From NCBI GenBank assembly GCA_964371145.1, contig CAYJKO010000001.1, positions 74,567-138,133 on the forward strand: DNA of 63,567 nt, in the 5' to 3' direction. The DNA is from an uncultured Muribaculaceae bacterium (GTDB lineage: Bacteria > Pseudomonadota > Alphaproteobacteria > Rs-D84). The notes beneath the pieces are model-generated. The model searched no databases, had not been told where the DNA came from, and worked only from the letters and a program-made list of their open reading frames with translations. Both the position numbers and the translations under genes were made by a program. The stretch's first letter is position 1. Each line of letters begins with the position of its first letter. Positions 37,407 to 46,884 of this stretch are shown in pieces.

Positions 37407-37435
37407 TTGCATATTGAAAATTAATTTGTCATAAT
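37407..37435 (+). promoter_or_regulatory. Promoter for tRNA-Pro
   Basis: TTGCAT, a 17-nt spacer, then CATAAT preceded by TGt (extended -10). It ends 11 nt before the tRNA 5' end. Confidence 0.45.
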
Positions 37436-37446
37436 TGTTCGGTAAT

Positions 37447-37523
37447 CGGGGCGTAGCTCAGTCTGGTAGAGTGCTTGGTTTGGGACCAAGATGTCGCGTG
37501 TTCGAATCATGTCGCCCCGACCA
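37447..37523 (+). tRNA. tRNA-Pro (anticodon TGG), CCA encoded
   Basis: The acceptor is CGGGGCG/CGCCCCG, the anticodon loop is TTTGGGA and the T-arm is GCGTG-TTCGAAT-CATGT. Total length is 77 nt. Confidence 0.9.
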
Positions 37524-37729
37524 GATTTAATAAAAACAGCCGTTTTAGACGGCTGTTTTTATTAAATATTGTTCGCGGACGTTGATGTGTGCAGAGAACA
37601 CGCGGCGTGTTCGAGACGATAGCCCGTGAAAACGAGCAAATGCGAAGTTTAAACGGTTGCGAGTCGAAAGGGGTCCAATTCCCAACGGGAATTAGGGAAT
37701 ATACAATCATGTCGCCCCGACCAGATTTA
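37524..37729 (+). mobile_element. Mini-insertion (about 175 bp) bounded by 25-nt direct repeats of the tRNA-Pro 3' end; att-scar-like
   Basis: The sequence aatcatgtcgccccgaccagattta occurs exactly at 37505-37529 and 37705-37729. Each copy is followed by a different terminator hairpin (37532-37562 and 37731-37763). Confidence 0.5.
37532..37562 (+). terminator. Terminator after tRNA-Pro
   Basis: The stem cagccg/cggctg encloses loop ttttaga and is followed by a T-run. Confidence 0.7.
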
Positions 37730-37730
37730 C

Positions 37731-37763
37731 AAAAAGACCACCAAATCGGTGGTCTTTTTTTTA
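37731..37763 (+). terminator. Terminator after the displaced tRNA-Pro 3' fragment
   Basis: The stem agaccacc/ggtggtct encloses loop aaatc and is followed by a T8 run. Confidence 0.7.
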
Positions 37764-37880
37764 ATTTAATCCAGGTAATCACGATTTTGAAAATAGATAA
37801 AATTATTTTTGGTAAAGGTTGTCTTTTTTATTTAATGTTTTTATGATATGATGACATCTGTTATAAAAAAAAGGTCTTTC

Positions 37881-38480
37881 ATGCATTTTATAGTATTTGA
37901 TACAGAATTTACTTCTTGGCGCGGATGCCAAGAAAATGGTTGGAACGATTGGCAAAAAAAAGAATTGGTTCAGATCGCAGCAATAAAGGTTGATTCAAAA
38001 ACATTGGATGTTGTTGATACGTTGAATCTTTACATAAAGCCAAAATTTAACCCTGTGCTATCAGATTATTTTATAAATTTGACCAAAATTACAAACGAAA
38101 TAATAAATGAAAAAGGCACAGATTTTGAATCTGCATACAAAATGTTTTGCGAATTTTCAAAAGGATTGACTTGTTTCAGCCACGGTTGGGGTTTGGAATT
38201 TGAAAATATTGCAGATGGAAAAATTATTAATGAAAATCTGGTATTAAATAATGTGTCCGGTGACACGAATTTAAATTATAAAAATATAGCCGCATGGTTT
38301 AAAAAAATGTATGAAATAAGTAATATTGACATTCGGTCTCAGGCCTCTGGGGATATTGCCAGGTTGCTGGGAGTCGAAGATGAAATAAAGAAAACTGGTT
38401 TGGATATTCATAATGCATCATATGACGCTTATTCTATTTTAGAAGGGATTAAATTTTTTAATGCCGATGGCTTGTTATAA
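37881..38480 (+). CDS. DEDDh-type 3'-5' exonuclease (DnaQ/ERI-1-like fold)
   Basis: Exo I is FDTEFT and Exo III is HNASYDAYS. The ATG at 37881 lies 6 nt after AAGG; the track start at 37848 lies within a TGaTATGAT -10-like box. Confidence 0.7.
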   Translation: MHFIVFDTEFTSWRGCQENGWNDWQKKELVQIAAIKVDSKTLDVVDTLNLYIKPKFNPVLSDYFINLTKITNEIINEKGTDFESAYKMFCEFSKGLTCFSHGWGLEFENIADGKIINENLVLNNVSGDTNLNYKNIAAWFKKMYEISNIDIRSQASGDIARLLGVEDEIKKTGLDIHNASYDAYSILEGIKFFNADGLL

Positions 38481-38482
38481 AT

Positions 38483-38509
38483 AAAAACCCCGATTGGGGT
38501 TTTTATTTT
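38483..38509. terminator. Bidirectional terminator shared by the exonuclease and the autotransporter
   Basis: The hairpin is aaaacccc-gatt-ggggtttt. Confidence 0.75.
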
Positions 38510-38531
38510 GATTGCATACAATTCTGTTTTT

Positions 38532-41500
38532 TTAGAATTGATATCTGGCTTTGAATGTTCCGCCGTGGCTTGAAAAATCCGGGCGACCTTCGAAATCATA
38601 GCTGATGCCGAATGTCCATGCTTTGATTTCTGTTTCCAAACCAATTGATAATTCAATCGCGAATGGGTTTAATGCTTCGCCTGTGATTGCATAGTTCGAA
38701 CCATTAAAGTTTACAACGCTGTTTGTATCATTGGACAAGATGTCATAAGATATTCCCATACGTGCAATCGGATTCAAATTATATTTGCCGTCCATTATAA
38801 ACCAATCTGTTTGGTAATCTGTTGCCAAAGTGGTTGTTAAAATGGTTGCGTTATCTGTGGATATTTCTTGGCCCAATGAATCTGTGTAATCACCATGTGA
38901 TACATTCATTAATTGTAAACCAAATTCAGGTGTCCAACCGTTGCCCATATCATACCCCGCAAATGCAGTCAAATTCAGATTATTTGCGTCGAAATCCGCA
39001 GTTTTTGAAACGCCAGATGCATTTGTTTCTTCTTCAAAACTTGCAAAGCTCATGCCCAAAGCCCCACGGATATGCCACATATCTGCACTTTTATATTTTG
39101 CATATGCGTATAATGAATGTCCGGTTGCCTCTGTTTCGGATACATCATTATCAATTGAACCTGAATTATATCCGTATGCAAATCCAACTAAAACATCCGG
39201 TGTGATTTTTTTATCAAATCCGAACGCCATACCCGCATCTGTTGTTGTGAAACCATAAGATTTGTCGGTATTTCCTTTGTTGCTGAATCTGCCCAATATT
39301 GCCGCCCAAGTCGATCCATTTTCATAGAATTTTGATGCGTCAGTTGTAAATTCAGTGTTTTGACGTTGCGCAATTTCATTCGTCATTAATCCCGCCATAT
39401 TTCTGAATGATTGGGTAACTTTTTGCGAATCGTTCGGAGCAATCGCATTCAGTGCCGTAACATAACCTTTTTCGTCATGTTGTGATAATGAATTCAATTG
39501 TGATGCAACATTTTGTGCGTCACCTGTTAAACCTGTTGCATTATCCCATATTGTGCCAACCGCAATGTTGTTAGATGTGCCACCAGCGTTGTTTACGACG
39601 TCTTTGATATCTGCGTTATATGTTAACACATATGTACCATCAGTTGATCCTTTTGTAACTTCGTATCTGTTGTTTGATAACATTGAAGCGAAGTCACCAA
39701 TTATTAAATCAGCATCAATCAATAATATATCACCAGTTGATGTGTGCTTTGCCAATTTGTTTTCAGCAACAGTCAACATCAACTTTGAAGTGTCGGAATC
39801 CAAGTTTAAACCGCCAATGATTTTAAGGCTGCCACCCGAATGCATATTTGAACCTTCTGAAATATCGGTCAATTCAATCGCCAACCCACCTTCAATTTTT
39901 GTAGGAGAGTGCAGGATTACATGTCCTGTTCCAATATCTAAAATACCCGATTGTGTTACATTAAACTGGTTTTGGCCCACAATTGCGGATTCATCAAATT
40001 TAACGTGTGTATTGATATTTGTTGTACCTGTGCCTAAAATATTTCCGATAAAAGTATCGCTGTTTATATTAAAGATACCGTTGTTTGTTAAATTAATATT
40101 TTCAAAATTACCATTTGTTGATGTAAATGTACCTTCGTTTGTAATATCTGTTGTTGTAATTGTGCCATAGTTTGTAAGTGAAGCTCCGGAAACAATTGTC
40201 AAAGAATTATCAGATACAATTTCACCATAGTTATATGAAACGCCGGTTAGCTCGGTGTTTGCAATACCAAATATACCATAGTTATTTAATGATCCAATGG
40301 TTGCGGCTCCATGACCTAAAAATCTGACACCTCCTGCGACATTCACGGTCCCCTGTATCAATCCAGTATTAGAATATGAATCACCTATGATATTCAATGT
40401 ACCCGTTCCTTCAAAGGCATGAGTATTTTCAATCGCGCCAGTAATCGTTCCATTGTTTGTAAATGGACCATATTGAACTTTTACCAAATGCTGGGTGATG
40501 TTACCGGTATTTGTGCCGGTGATATCAAGTGTGCCAGTTCCAGTAATCGTATTTGCATTATTACCGGATGTATTGAATTTTCCATCATTTATTATGTCTG
40601 CAGTAATCGAGCCTGTATTGTTTAATGTGTATTTTTCACTTATTACGACAGCGCTTTGGGTTATTGTTCCCGCATTAGTCGCAGACGTTGTACCCGAATT
40701 ACCTGAATTGATAAATAATGCACCGTTCCCATCAATTGTTTGACCAACGCCCAAATCGAACAGGGCATAAATATTCCCGTTATTCGTTAATGTTTTGCCA
40801 TCTTCGATTGATAATAGTTCTTGATATACATTGGCGGCATTCGTTGTGTTTTCAGCAATATTTAATTCACCATCGCCACCTAACGCTGTATCAAACGTTC
40901 CACCGGTCAAAGATAATTTTCCTGAATTATTTATATCGCTTCCGATATTCAAGTCGTCCGCATTTATTGTTAATTGACCTTTGGATAAAATTGCCAGCCC
41001 ACCTTGATTTATTTCATTGGCTGTTGTTTGGCCTTCAAAAATAACAGTTCTGCCATATCCATGTATGCCGTTTGTGATATTATTTACGCCACTTAAATCA
41101 ACAATTCCATTATTTACGATGTCTTGGTTATTGTTGTTAAATGCGATGTTTTCGACATATGCCAAACTGTTTTCATTAACAATCAAGGCTTTGTTAAATC
41201 CAGAGATTTCAGAGCCTGTGGTTCCTGCAATTTTCAAATCGTAACCAACGTCATTTTCATTGACGGCAATACCATTGTATTCATTGGATGAACCATATCC
41301 AGAAAGATTGGCACCATTATTTAAATTCAATGTATAGGTTGTGTCTGTCGCATTATCACGATGCAGTGTTCCAAGGTCGCCTGGTTCCATAACTAGCATA
41401 TCAGAATTTGTTGAAAAAGATGTGAAACTTGCATCGTTCCCATTTAAACCACGAATCCAGTCGGTTAATCCGGTTGAAGATGCAATTCTTTCAACGGTTA

Positions 41501-43871
41501 ATTGACCTGTTGCAGATTGGGTAAATGTATATTTATGTGTTGCGGTTGTTGTTATGATTTCGCCGCCCAGAACACTTGTTGTAATTGAACCCAAATTACC
41601 CAACAGATATTCGATATTGTCCAAATCGCCTTCGGTTGTGATATTGATATTTGACAATGTCAAATTCGCATCACCACCGTTTGTGATATTGATTTTATCA
41701 TAATTTGTAAGTCCTGCCGTTAAATCAGCATCGATTTGCAAATTACCAGTTCCGGTTAAAGATCCAATTTCGCGGGCAGGGTCTGTTGTGGATTCTGCCG
41801 CCTCGCTTAGTGTGATTGTTTTGCCGTTCAAATCCAAAGTACCTTGGATATTTGCGGATGAACCCAGGTATGTTGCATTTTCTGAGAATAATACGGTTGT
41901 GCCACTGGCGCCCAGAATTGTTTCGTTGATTGAATCATTGGTCACCTCTAGTCTACCAAAGTTCATTATGAACCCTGCATCTTCCAATGATGTGTTTAAT
42001 GTTCCACCAATGTTAACGGTTGCAGCGCCCATTGTTCCATTGTTAATCATTGTCGCATTACCAAGAATCATTGATGATGAGTTGATTACACCGTTGTTTG
42101 TAAATGTGCTGTTCGTGACATCAAGTCCGAAACTTGATATTGTGCTTCCGGCAGATAATGTAGTGTCGGTATTAATAAATACAGAACCAGAACCGGATAT
42201 ATCTTTGTCCAAAATCAGTTCAGAAGAATAGTCAGTAAAAGTTAAATATCCATTGTTTACAATATCTTTATCAAATGTCGAATTTTGCAAATAGGCTGTA
42301 CCGCTGCTATTAACAATGATGTTATTTTCAATATTGCTGTTATTGAATATGATGTTTTGACCATTGATGGTAACATCGCCCGTTCCCATTATGTCTTTGG
42401 TAACTGTTTTTAAAGCGTTCGAACTGTTTTCAACAATCAGATTTCCTTCATTGCCCAAGCTGTTAAAATCGTTAATCGCATTGACGGTGTCAATGTCTGT
42501 GATCAGGGTTGCGTGATTTAATATATTAACATTTGTTTTGATGGTGTTGCCACTGTTTAAAACAACAGTGCTGCCAGATGTGATATTTGTTGTGCCGCTT
42601 GTAACGTCAACATTATGTGCCAACGTTCCACCCGTCAGGTCAAGTGTTCCATTGACATAAGTAATGTTTCCAATATCGTCTGCATTGGTTGTAAGTGTTC
42701 CACCATTGCTAATACTAATATTGTTTGAAATAAATCCAGTATTTTGGATATCAATGCCGTCTGTTATTCTGAACACTCCTGAGCCCGAAACATCCACTTC
42801 GTTGTCAACTTTTGCCTGGAAAATTCCATTGTTTGTAAGCGCACCCGTGATATTCAATGCGCCATTGTTTGTAAAGGTTACATTGTCGCCTATGGTTAAA
42901 TTATTTTGTGTTATGCTGCCATTGTTTATGACCCCACCGTTGACGGCAATTGTTAAATTCCCTGTTCCTTCGATTTTTTCACCAGCGTCCAGCGTAATGT
43001 ATCTGAATGTTGTATCACCATTATTCGTTAATGTTTCACCATCTGCAATGGCTAAACGGTCTTGTATAACATTGCCTGTAAATATTGTGCCGTTGGCGAT
43101 GATTACATCCCCGCTGATCCCTGTTAAATCTTGATCCAACGTTCCGCCCGTAAATGTAATTTTTCCTTCATTTTGGAATGTATTAACAAGTACATTATTT
43201 GCATTTATTGTCAAACCTGCATTAACATTTGTTAAATACAATTTATCTTGGTCAATTACTACGCCATGTTCGAATATAACATTGTTTCCTGTTATATTTG
43301 TGACGCCGTTGCCATCTATATATCCTTCATCAAAGGTTACATTGCCGCCTATATTCAATGTGCCATTGTTCATAACAGAGACATTGTTATTTGTAAATTT
43401 CAACCCAGTAAGCTTCAGCGTTCCGCCCGCATCATTTATAAAAGCGTTATTAAAGCCTGTGATTAATGAATCAGGACCGGTTCCTTCGACATTTAATGTA
43501 TAGCCCGCAGTAACAGTAATACCGTTATGGTTTTTCGAATTGTTATATCCAATCAAATCATAATCATTTAATTCCAAAGCTAATTCACGCAAAGACCCCG
43601 AACGTGCCGTTGTTCCCAATTCGGCTGCGGTGCTTACAATTATATCGCCGCTTGCGGAAAATGTTGTGTATGTATCATCAACGCCGTTTGTGCCATTGAT
43701 AAAGTCTTTTATATCTATGGGTGCTGCTGCATGTGAGGTTGCAGGTGTTAAAATAACGCTCCCTAAAACCGCGCCGGCAACAATGGCTTGACCAGATTTG
43801 TAAGATCGAAAAAGCACGCTTTTGTAAAGTTTTGATAATAATTTAATTCCGGTTTTGGTAAGGGTTTTCAT
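38532..43871 (-). CDS. Giant autotransporter (type Va) adhesin-like protein
   Basis: The product is 1779 aa. It has an extended signal peptide, a passenger rich in Asn/Gly/Thr beta-helix-type repeats, and a C-terminal beta-barrel of about 280 aa ending FKARYQF. Confidence 0.88.
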   Translation of the reverse strand: MKTLTKTGIKLLSKLYKSVLFRSYKSGQAIVAGAVLGSVILTPATSHAAAPIDIKDFINGTNGVDDTYTTFSASGDIIVSTAAELGTTARSGSLRELALELNDYDLIGYNNSKNHNGITVTAGYTLNVEGTGPDSLITGFNNAFINDAGGTLKLTGLKFTNNNVSVMNNGTLNIGGNVTFDEGYIDGNGVTNITGNNVIFEHGVVIDQDKLYLTNVNAGLTINANNVLVNTFQNEGKITFTGGTLDQDLTGISGDVIIANGTIFTGNVIQDRLAIADGETLTNNGDTTFRYITLDAGEKIEGTGNLTIAVNGGVINNGSITQNNLTIGDNVTFTNNGALNITGALTNNGIFQAKVDNEVDVSGSGVFRITDGIDIQNTGFISNNISISNGGTLTTNADDIGNITYVNGTLDLTGGTLAHNVDVTSGTTNITSGSTVVLNSGNTIKTNVNILNHATLITDIDTVNAINDFNSLGNEGNLIVENSSNALKTVTKDIMGTGDVTINGQNIIFNNSNIENNIIVNSSGTAYLQNSTFDKDIVNNGYLTFTDYSSELILDKDISGSGSVFINTDTTLSAGSTISSFGLDVTNSTFTNNGVINSSSMILGNATMINNGTMGAATVNIGGTLNTSLEDAGFIMNFGRLEVTNDSINETILGASGTTVLFSENATYLGSSANIQGTLDLNGKTITLSEAAESTTDPAREIGSLTGTGNLQIDADLTAGLTNYDKINITNGGDANLTLSNINITTEGDLDNIEYLLGNLGSITTSVLGGEIITTTATHKYTFTQSATGQLTVERIASSTGLTDWIRGLNGNDASFTSFSTNSDMLVMEPGDLGTLHRDNATDTTYTLNLNNGANLSGYGSSNEYNGIAVNENDVGYDLKIAGTTGSEISGFNKALIVNENSLAYVENIAFNNNNQDIVNNGIVDLSGVNNITNGIHGYGRTVIFEGQTTANEINQGGLAILSKGQLTINADDLNIGSDINNSGKLSLTGGTFDTALGGDGELNIAENTTNAANVYQELLSIEDGKTLTNNGNIYALFDLGVGQTIDGNGALFINSGNSGTTSATNAGTITQSAVVISEKYTLNNTGSITADIINDGKFNTSGNNANTITGTGTLDITGTNTGNITQHLVKVQYGPFTNNGTITGAIENTHAFEGTGTLNIIGDSYSNTGLIQGTVNVAGGVRFLGHGAATIGSLNNYGIFGIANTELTGVSYNYGEIVSDNSLTIVSGASLTNYGTITTTDITNEGTFTSTNGNFENINLTNNGIFNINSDTFIGNILGTGTTNINTHVKFDESAIVGQNQFNVTQSGILDIGTGHVILHSPTKIEGGLAIELTDISEGSNMHSGGSLKIIGGLNLDSDTSKLMLTVAENKLAKHTSTGDILLIDADLIIGDFASMLSNNRYEVTKGSTDGTYVLTYNADIKDVVNNAGGTSNNIAVGTIWDNATGLTGDAQNVASQLNSLSQHDEKGYVTALNAIAPNDSQKVTQSFRNMAGLMTNEIAQRQNTEFTTDASKFYENGSTWAAILGRFSNKGNTDKSYGFTTTDAGMAFGFDKKITPDVLVGFAYGYNSGSIDNDVSETEATGHSLYAYAKYKSADMWHIRGALGMSFASFEEETNASGVSKTADFDANNLNLTAFAGYDMGNGWTPEFGLQLMNVSHGDYTDSLGQEISTDNATILTTTLATDYQTDWFIMDGKYNLNPIARMGISYDILSNDTNSVVNFNGSNYAITGEALNPFAIELSIGLETEIKAWTFGISYDFEGRPDFSSHGGTFKARYQF

Positions 43872-44042
43872 GATTTTTCCTTCTATTTTATTTATTTGTA
43901 CGGGTTTACAATACTATATGAAACATAGCTTTTGCAAGCTATATATGAATAAAATCATAAATAATATTCACAATGTTTTTTTCGTATTTTAATGTGCCGG
44001 AAAATATGATACAATAATCAAGAACTTATATCGGGATGAAAT

Positions 44043-45275
44043 ATGATAGTTGTAAAAAAAATAATGAAAGATACTTCGAAAAAAATATCAAATAAAATCG
44101 CAAATACGACGCGTATTCGCAATGGTTTGGCTGTTTTTTCAGAAAAGAAAAAAATAAAAAGTTTAATAACAAAAGTTTCAAATTCTTTAATTAATGAATT
44201 TACGACAGATGTCGACATCAGATACAATATGATTGTTAATTTTAAAAAAGATTTTAACCAATCATATTTAAATAAAAACCAAATTCAAAAAAATAAAGTA
44301 TATGACGAAATTGTATCAAAAATTTCAAAAAACAACGGGGTTGAACCAGAATATGTTCGTGCAAATATGGATAAAGGCGTCGTTCGTTTAATGTATAAAA
44401 ATAATCCAGAAAAACAAAATGAAATTTCAAATTATTTTCCCGCTGGTATGACGGGCTGGTCGGATGAATTGATAAAAAAAATAAATGCCGAAAAAAATAA
44501 ATTCAATGCATCACAATATACGAAAACTAAAAATAAATTTATTCTTGAATATTGGGTGCCAGCATTGGCGTTCGCAGAAATTAATAATATGATGAATTAC
44601 CAATCTGTCCGATACAAAAATTTTGAACCGGTTGAAGACCGCGGGTATTGTTTATGGGTGTTTATGTTGACTTTATACAAACAAAATGCGAAATACAAAA
44701 TATTCGATTTTTTGCACGATAATATGAATAAAGGTATTTCAAACCATAAATTATTAGAATTATTCCAGAACAATTATCCGGAATATATACATGTAAAAGA
44801 AACAGATGATAATATTATCGACGTTTTGAATGAAAGCAAAATTAAAGATGGTTCTATTATAATAAAAGGAAATTTGAACGGTTATTTTTTGCATGCTTTG
44901 TTATATAGAAAAATTGGACAAAAGAAATATATCCAATCTTTTAATGAAGAAAATGTGCGCGAATTAAGAAATATGCGAAGCCAAGCCGCCATATTGGATA
45001 CGCACGGTTTAATAAAAAAATCTGTGGAAAATAAAATTAAAAATATGAATAAAAAAGAACAACTGAATTATTTAATTAATTTAGACGCCCAAATTAATTC
45101 AGATTCAATTATAGATAAAAATTTCAAAGATTTATTGGCCGAGGGTAAAAAATACAATCATAAAAAGCAATGGGATGAATTTTATAAAAGATATGACATT
45201 GTGATGGATGCAAAATTACATACCGAGCAATCAAAAACCAGATTAAAAATTGCCAGATTGGAAAGAGGAAAATAA
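44043..45275 (+). CDS. Hypothetical Lys/Asn-rich protein (no signal peptide)
   Basis: This is a 410-aa intact ORF. TGaTACAAT at 44007-44015 lies upstream. I recognise no family. Confidence 0.6.
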   Translation: MIVVKKIMKDTSKKISNKIANTTRIRNGLAVFSEKKKIKSLITKVSNSLINEFTTDVDIRYNMIVNFKKDFNQSYLNKNQIQKNKVYDEIVSKISKNNGVEPEYVRANMDKGVVRLMYKNNPEKQNEISNYFPAGMTGWSDELIKKINAEKNKFNASQYTKTKNKFILEYWVPALAFAEINNMMNYQSVRYKNFEPVEDRGYCLWVFMLTLYKQNAKYKIFDFLHDNMNKGISNHKLLELFQNNYPEYIHVKETDDNIIDVLNESKIKDGSIIIKGNLNGYFLHALLYRKIGQKKYIQSFNEENVRELRNMRSQAAILDTHGLIKKSVENKIKNMNKKEQLNYLINLDAQINSDSIIDKNFKDLLAEGKKYNHKKQWDEFYKRYDIVMDAKLHTEQSKTRLKIARLERGK

Positions 45276-45277
45276 TT

Positions 45278-45835
45278 ATGAAACGCAGATGTGAATGGGC
45301 AGGCGATATAAAAATTTATCAAGATTACCATGATACAGAATGGGGTGTTCCATTATATGATGATACAAAATTATTCGAATTTTTAATTTTAGAAGGTATG
45401 CAGGCCGGATTATCTTGGATTACCATATTAAAAAAACGTGATGATTTTCGAATCGCTTTTGATAATTTCGATGTGAATAAAGTCGCGCAATATAATGATA
45501 AAAAAATTGCTGAATTATTAAACAATCCAAAAATTATTCGAAATAAATTGAAAATCAATGCCGCGATTAATAATGCAAAAAAATTTATAGAAATCCAAAA
45601 ATCTTATGGATCTTTTTCTAAATTTATCTGGGCGTATGTCGATAATAATCCAATTGTGGGAAATTGGAAAGCGCAGGGAGATGTTCCCGCAAATACGCCG
45701 CTGTCCGATAAAATCAGTCGTGATTTAGTAAAATTGGGATTTAAATTTGTTGGAACAACAATAATTTATTCTTTTATGCAAGCCACCGGTATGGTGAATG
45801 ATCATATAAAAGATTGTTGGGTAAAAAACAGATAA
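45278..45835 (+). CDS. tag: DNA-3-methyladenine glycosylase I
   Basis: It has the motifs C.W......YHDTEWGVP and EGMQAGLSW. Confidence 0.92.
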   Translation: MKRRCEWAGDIKIYQDYHDTEWGVPLYDDTKLFEFLILEGMQAGLSWITILKKRDDFRIAFDNFDVNKVAQYNDKKIAELLNNPKIIRNKLKINAAINNAKKFIEIQKSYGSFSKFIWAYVDNNPIVGNWKAQGDVPANTPLSDKISRDLVKLGFKFVGTTIIYSFMQATGMVNDHIKDCWVKNR

Positions 45836-45839
45836 TAAT

Positions 45840-46841
45840 TTACTTTAACGCTTCGACAAAATCTTTAGCCGCATTTTTTAAACCGTTTAATCCGTATTCG
45901 TATTCATTGCAATCGCGCGCAATTTCAGATTTATACATATCACGCATATTCCCAGACATATATCCACAAGCCGTTAAATGTTGAATGCAATAATCGTGTC
46001 CCATTATAAAAGATTCTTGGCCTCGAACGGTGCTGACGGAATCTGTCCAATCTATGTCCAATAAATTATCCAAATTTTCCCAAGAATTGTCATTGGTATG
46101 GACGCCTATCATATCGTTCCAATATGCGTTTAATTCGCTTTCATCGACAATCGCGCCATTTTTCAAAGTCAAAATTTCCATAATTAATTCATCAATCTCG
46201 GTTCTGTATTGATCATCAATCTGCGCCAATTTAGAACTGCAATAACATCTGTTATACGCTGTGTCTTCGCGTTCGCAATAATCGTTCATACAATCTGTGT
46301 AATCTGCCAAACATCTTTCTGCGGATACATAATCTGTGCCACCGGACACATATGTTGAATATACGTTTGTTTGCACATTGTTGGTCGGTACGCTGGAACG
46401 GGCCACAACACGTCTGTTTGAATTTGATGTTGATGATGTTGTACGTGTCGCGGGTGTGGTGGCGCTGCGTGAAACGTTTGTTGTCGACGTGTTATATGTC
46501 GTGGACGTGGTTGCACTGCGTGCGGCGGTGGTGTTTGAATTCGTCGTGCCAGTGCGTGGAACAACGCGTCTGGTTGTTAAATTTTCTGTACGCGCAGTCA
46601 CAGATGTTGGCAAAGAAGAATATTCTGTTGTTACCCCCGGGTTCATTTTAACCTTCATCGTGTTGTTCATATATGGATACATGGTTTCAAAATTTGTGGG
46701 TGATACAAAATCAGTAACGGACGTCGGTTTCGTCGTACCAGCGCGTGACACGTCTGTTGTGATATATGCACGAGAATTCGCAAATGCAGGCGCAAATAAT
46801 AATATTGCTATAAAAAATAAAAATCCCGTCTTTCTTTCCAT
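45840..46841 (-). CDS. Secreted cysteine-rich protein, short paralogue of 5598..8351
   Basis: It has a signal peptide and a Thr/Ser/Arg-rich region containing SRSATT units. This is followed by C-x4-Y-x-DCM-x2-YC-x8-RC-x-CS. Confidence 0.7.
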   Translation of the reverse strand: MERKTGFLFFIAILLFAPAFANSRAYITTDVSRAGTTKPTSVTDFVSPTNFETMYPYMNNTMKVKMNPGVTTEYSSLPTSVTARTENLTTRRVVPRTGTTNSNTTAARSATTSTTYNTSTTNVSRSATTPATRTTSSTSNSNRRVVARSSVPTNNVQTNVYSTYVSGGTDYVSAERCLADYTDCMNDYCEREDTAYNRCYCSSKLAQIDDQYRTEIDELIMEILTLKNGAIVDESELNAYWNDMIGVHTNDNSWENLDNLLDIDWTDSVSTVRGQESFIMGHDYCIQHLTACGYMSGNMRDMYKSEIARDCNEYEYGLNGLKNAAKDFVEALK

Positions 46842-46884
46842 ATTTATATAATAAAGATTTATTGAATTTTAAACAAGCATAAAA

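Noticed and set aside
39553-43134. Several + strand ORFs of 70-205 aa (39553..40170, 41788..42231, 42664..43134 and others).
   Set aside because: All are antisense to the autotransporter gene. They are Val/Pro/Ser/Phe-rich mirror frames of its Asn/Gly/Thr repeats.
43925-43942. A 7-bp inverted repeat (atagctt-ttgc-aagctat) in the divergent promoter region between the autotransporter and the 410-aa gene.
   Set aside because: It is too short to call an operator without comparative or experimental support.
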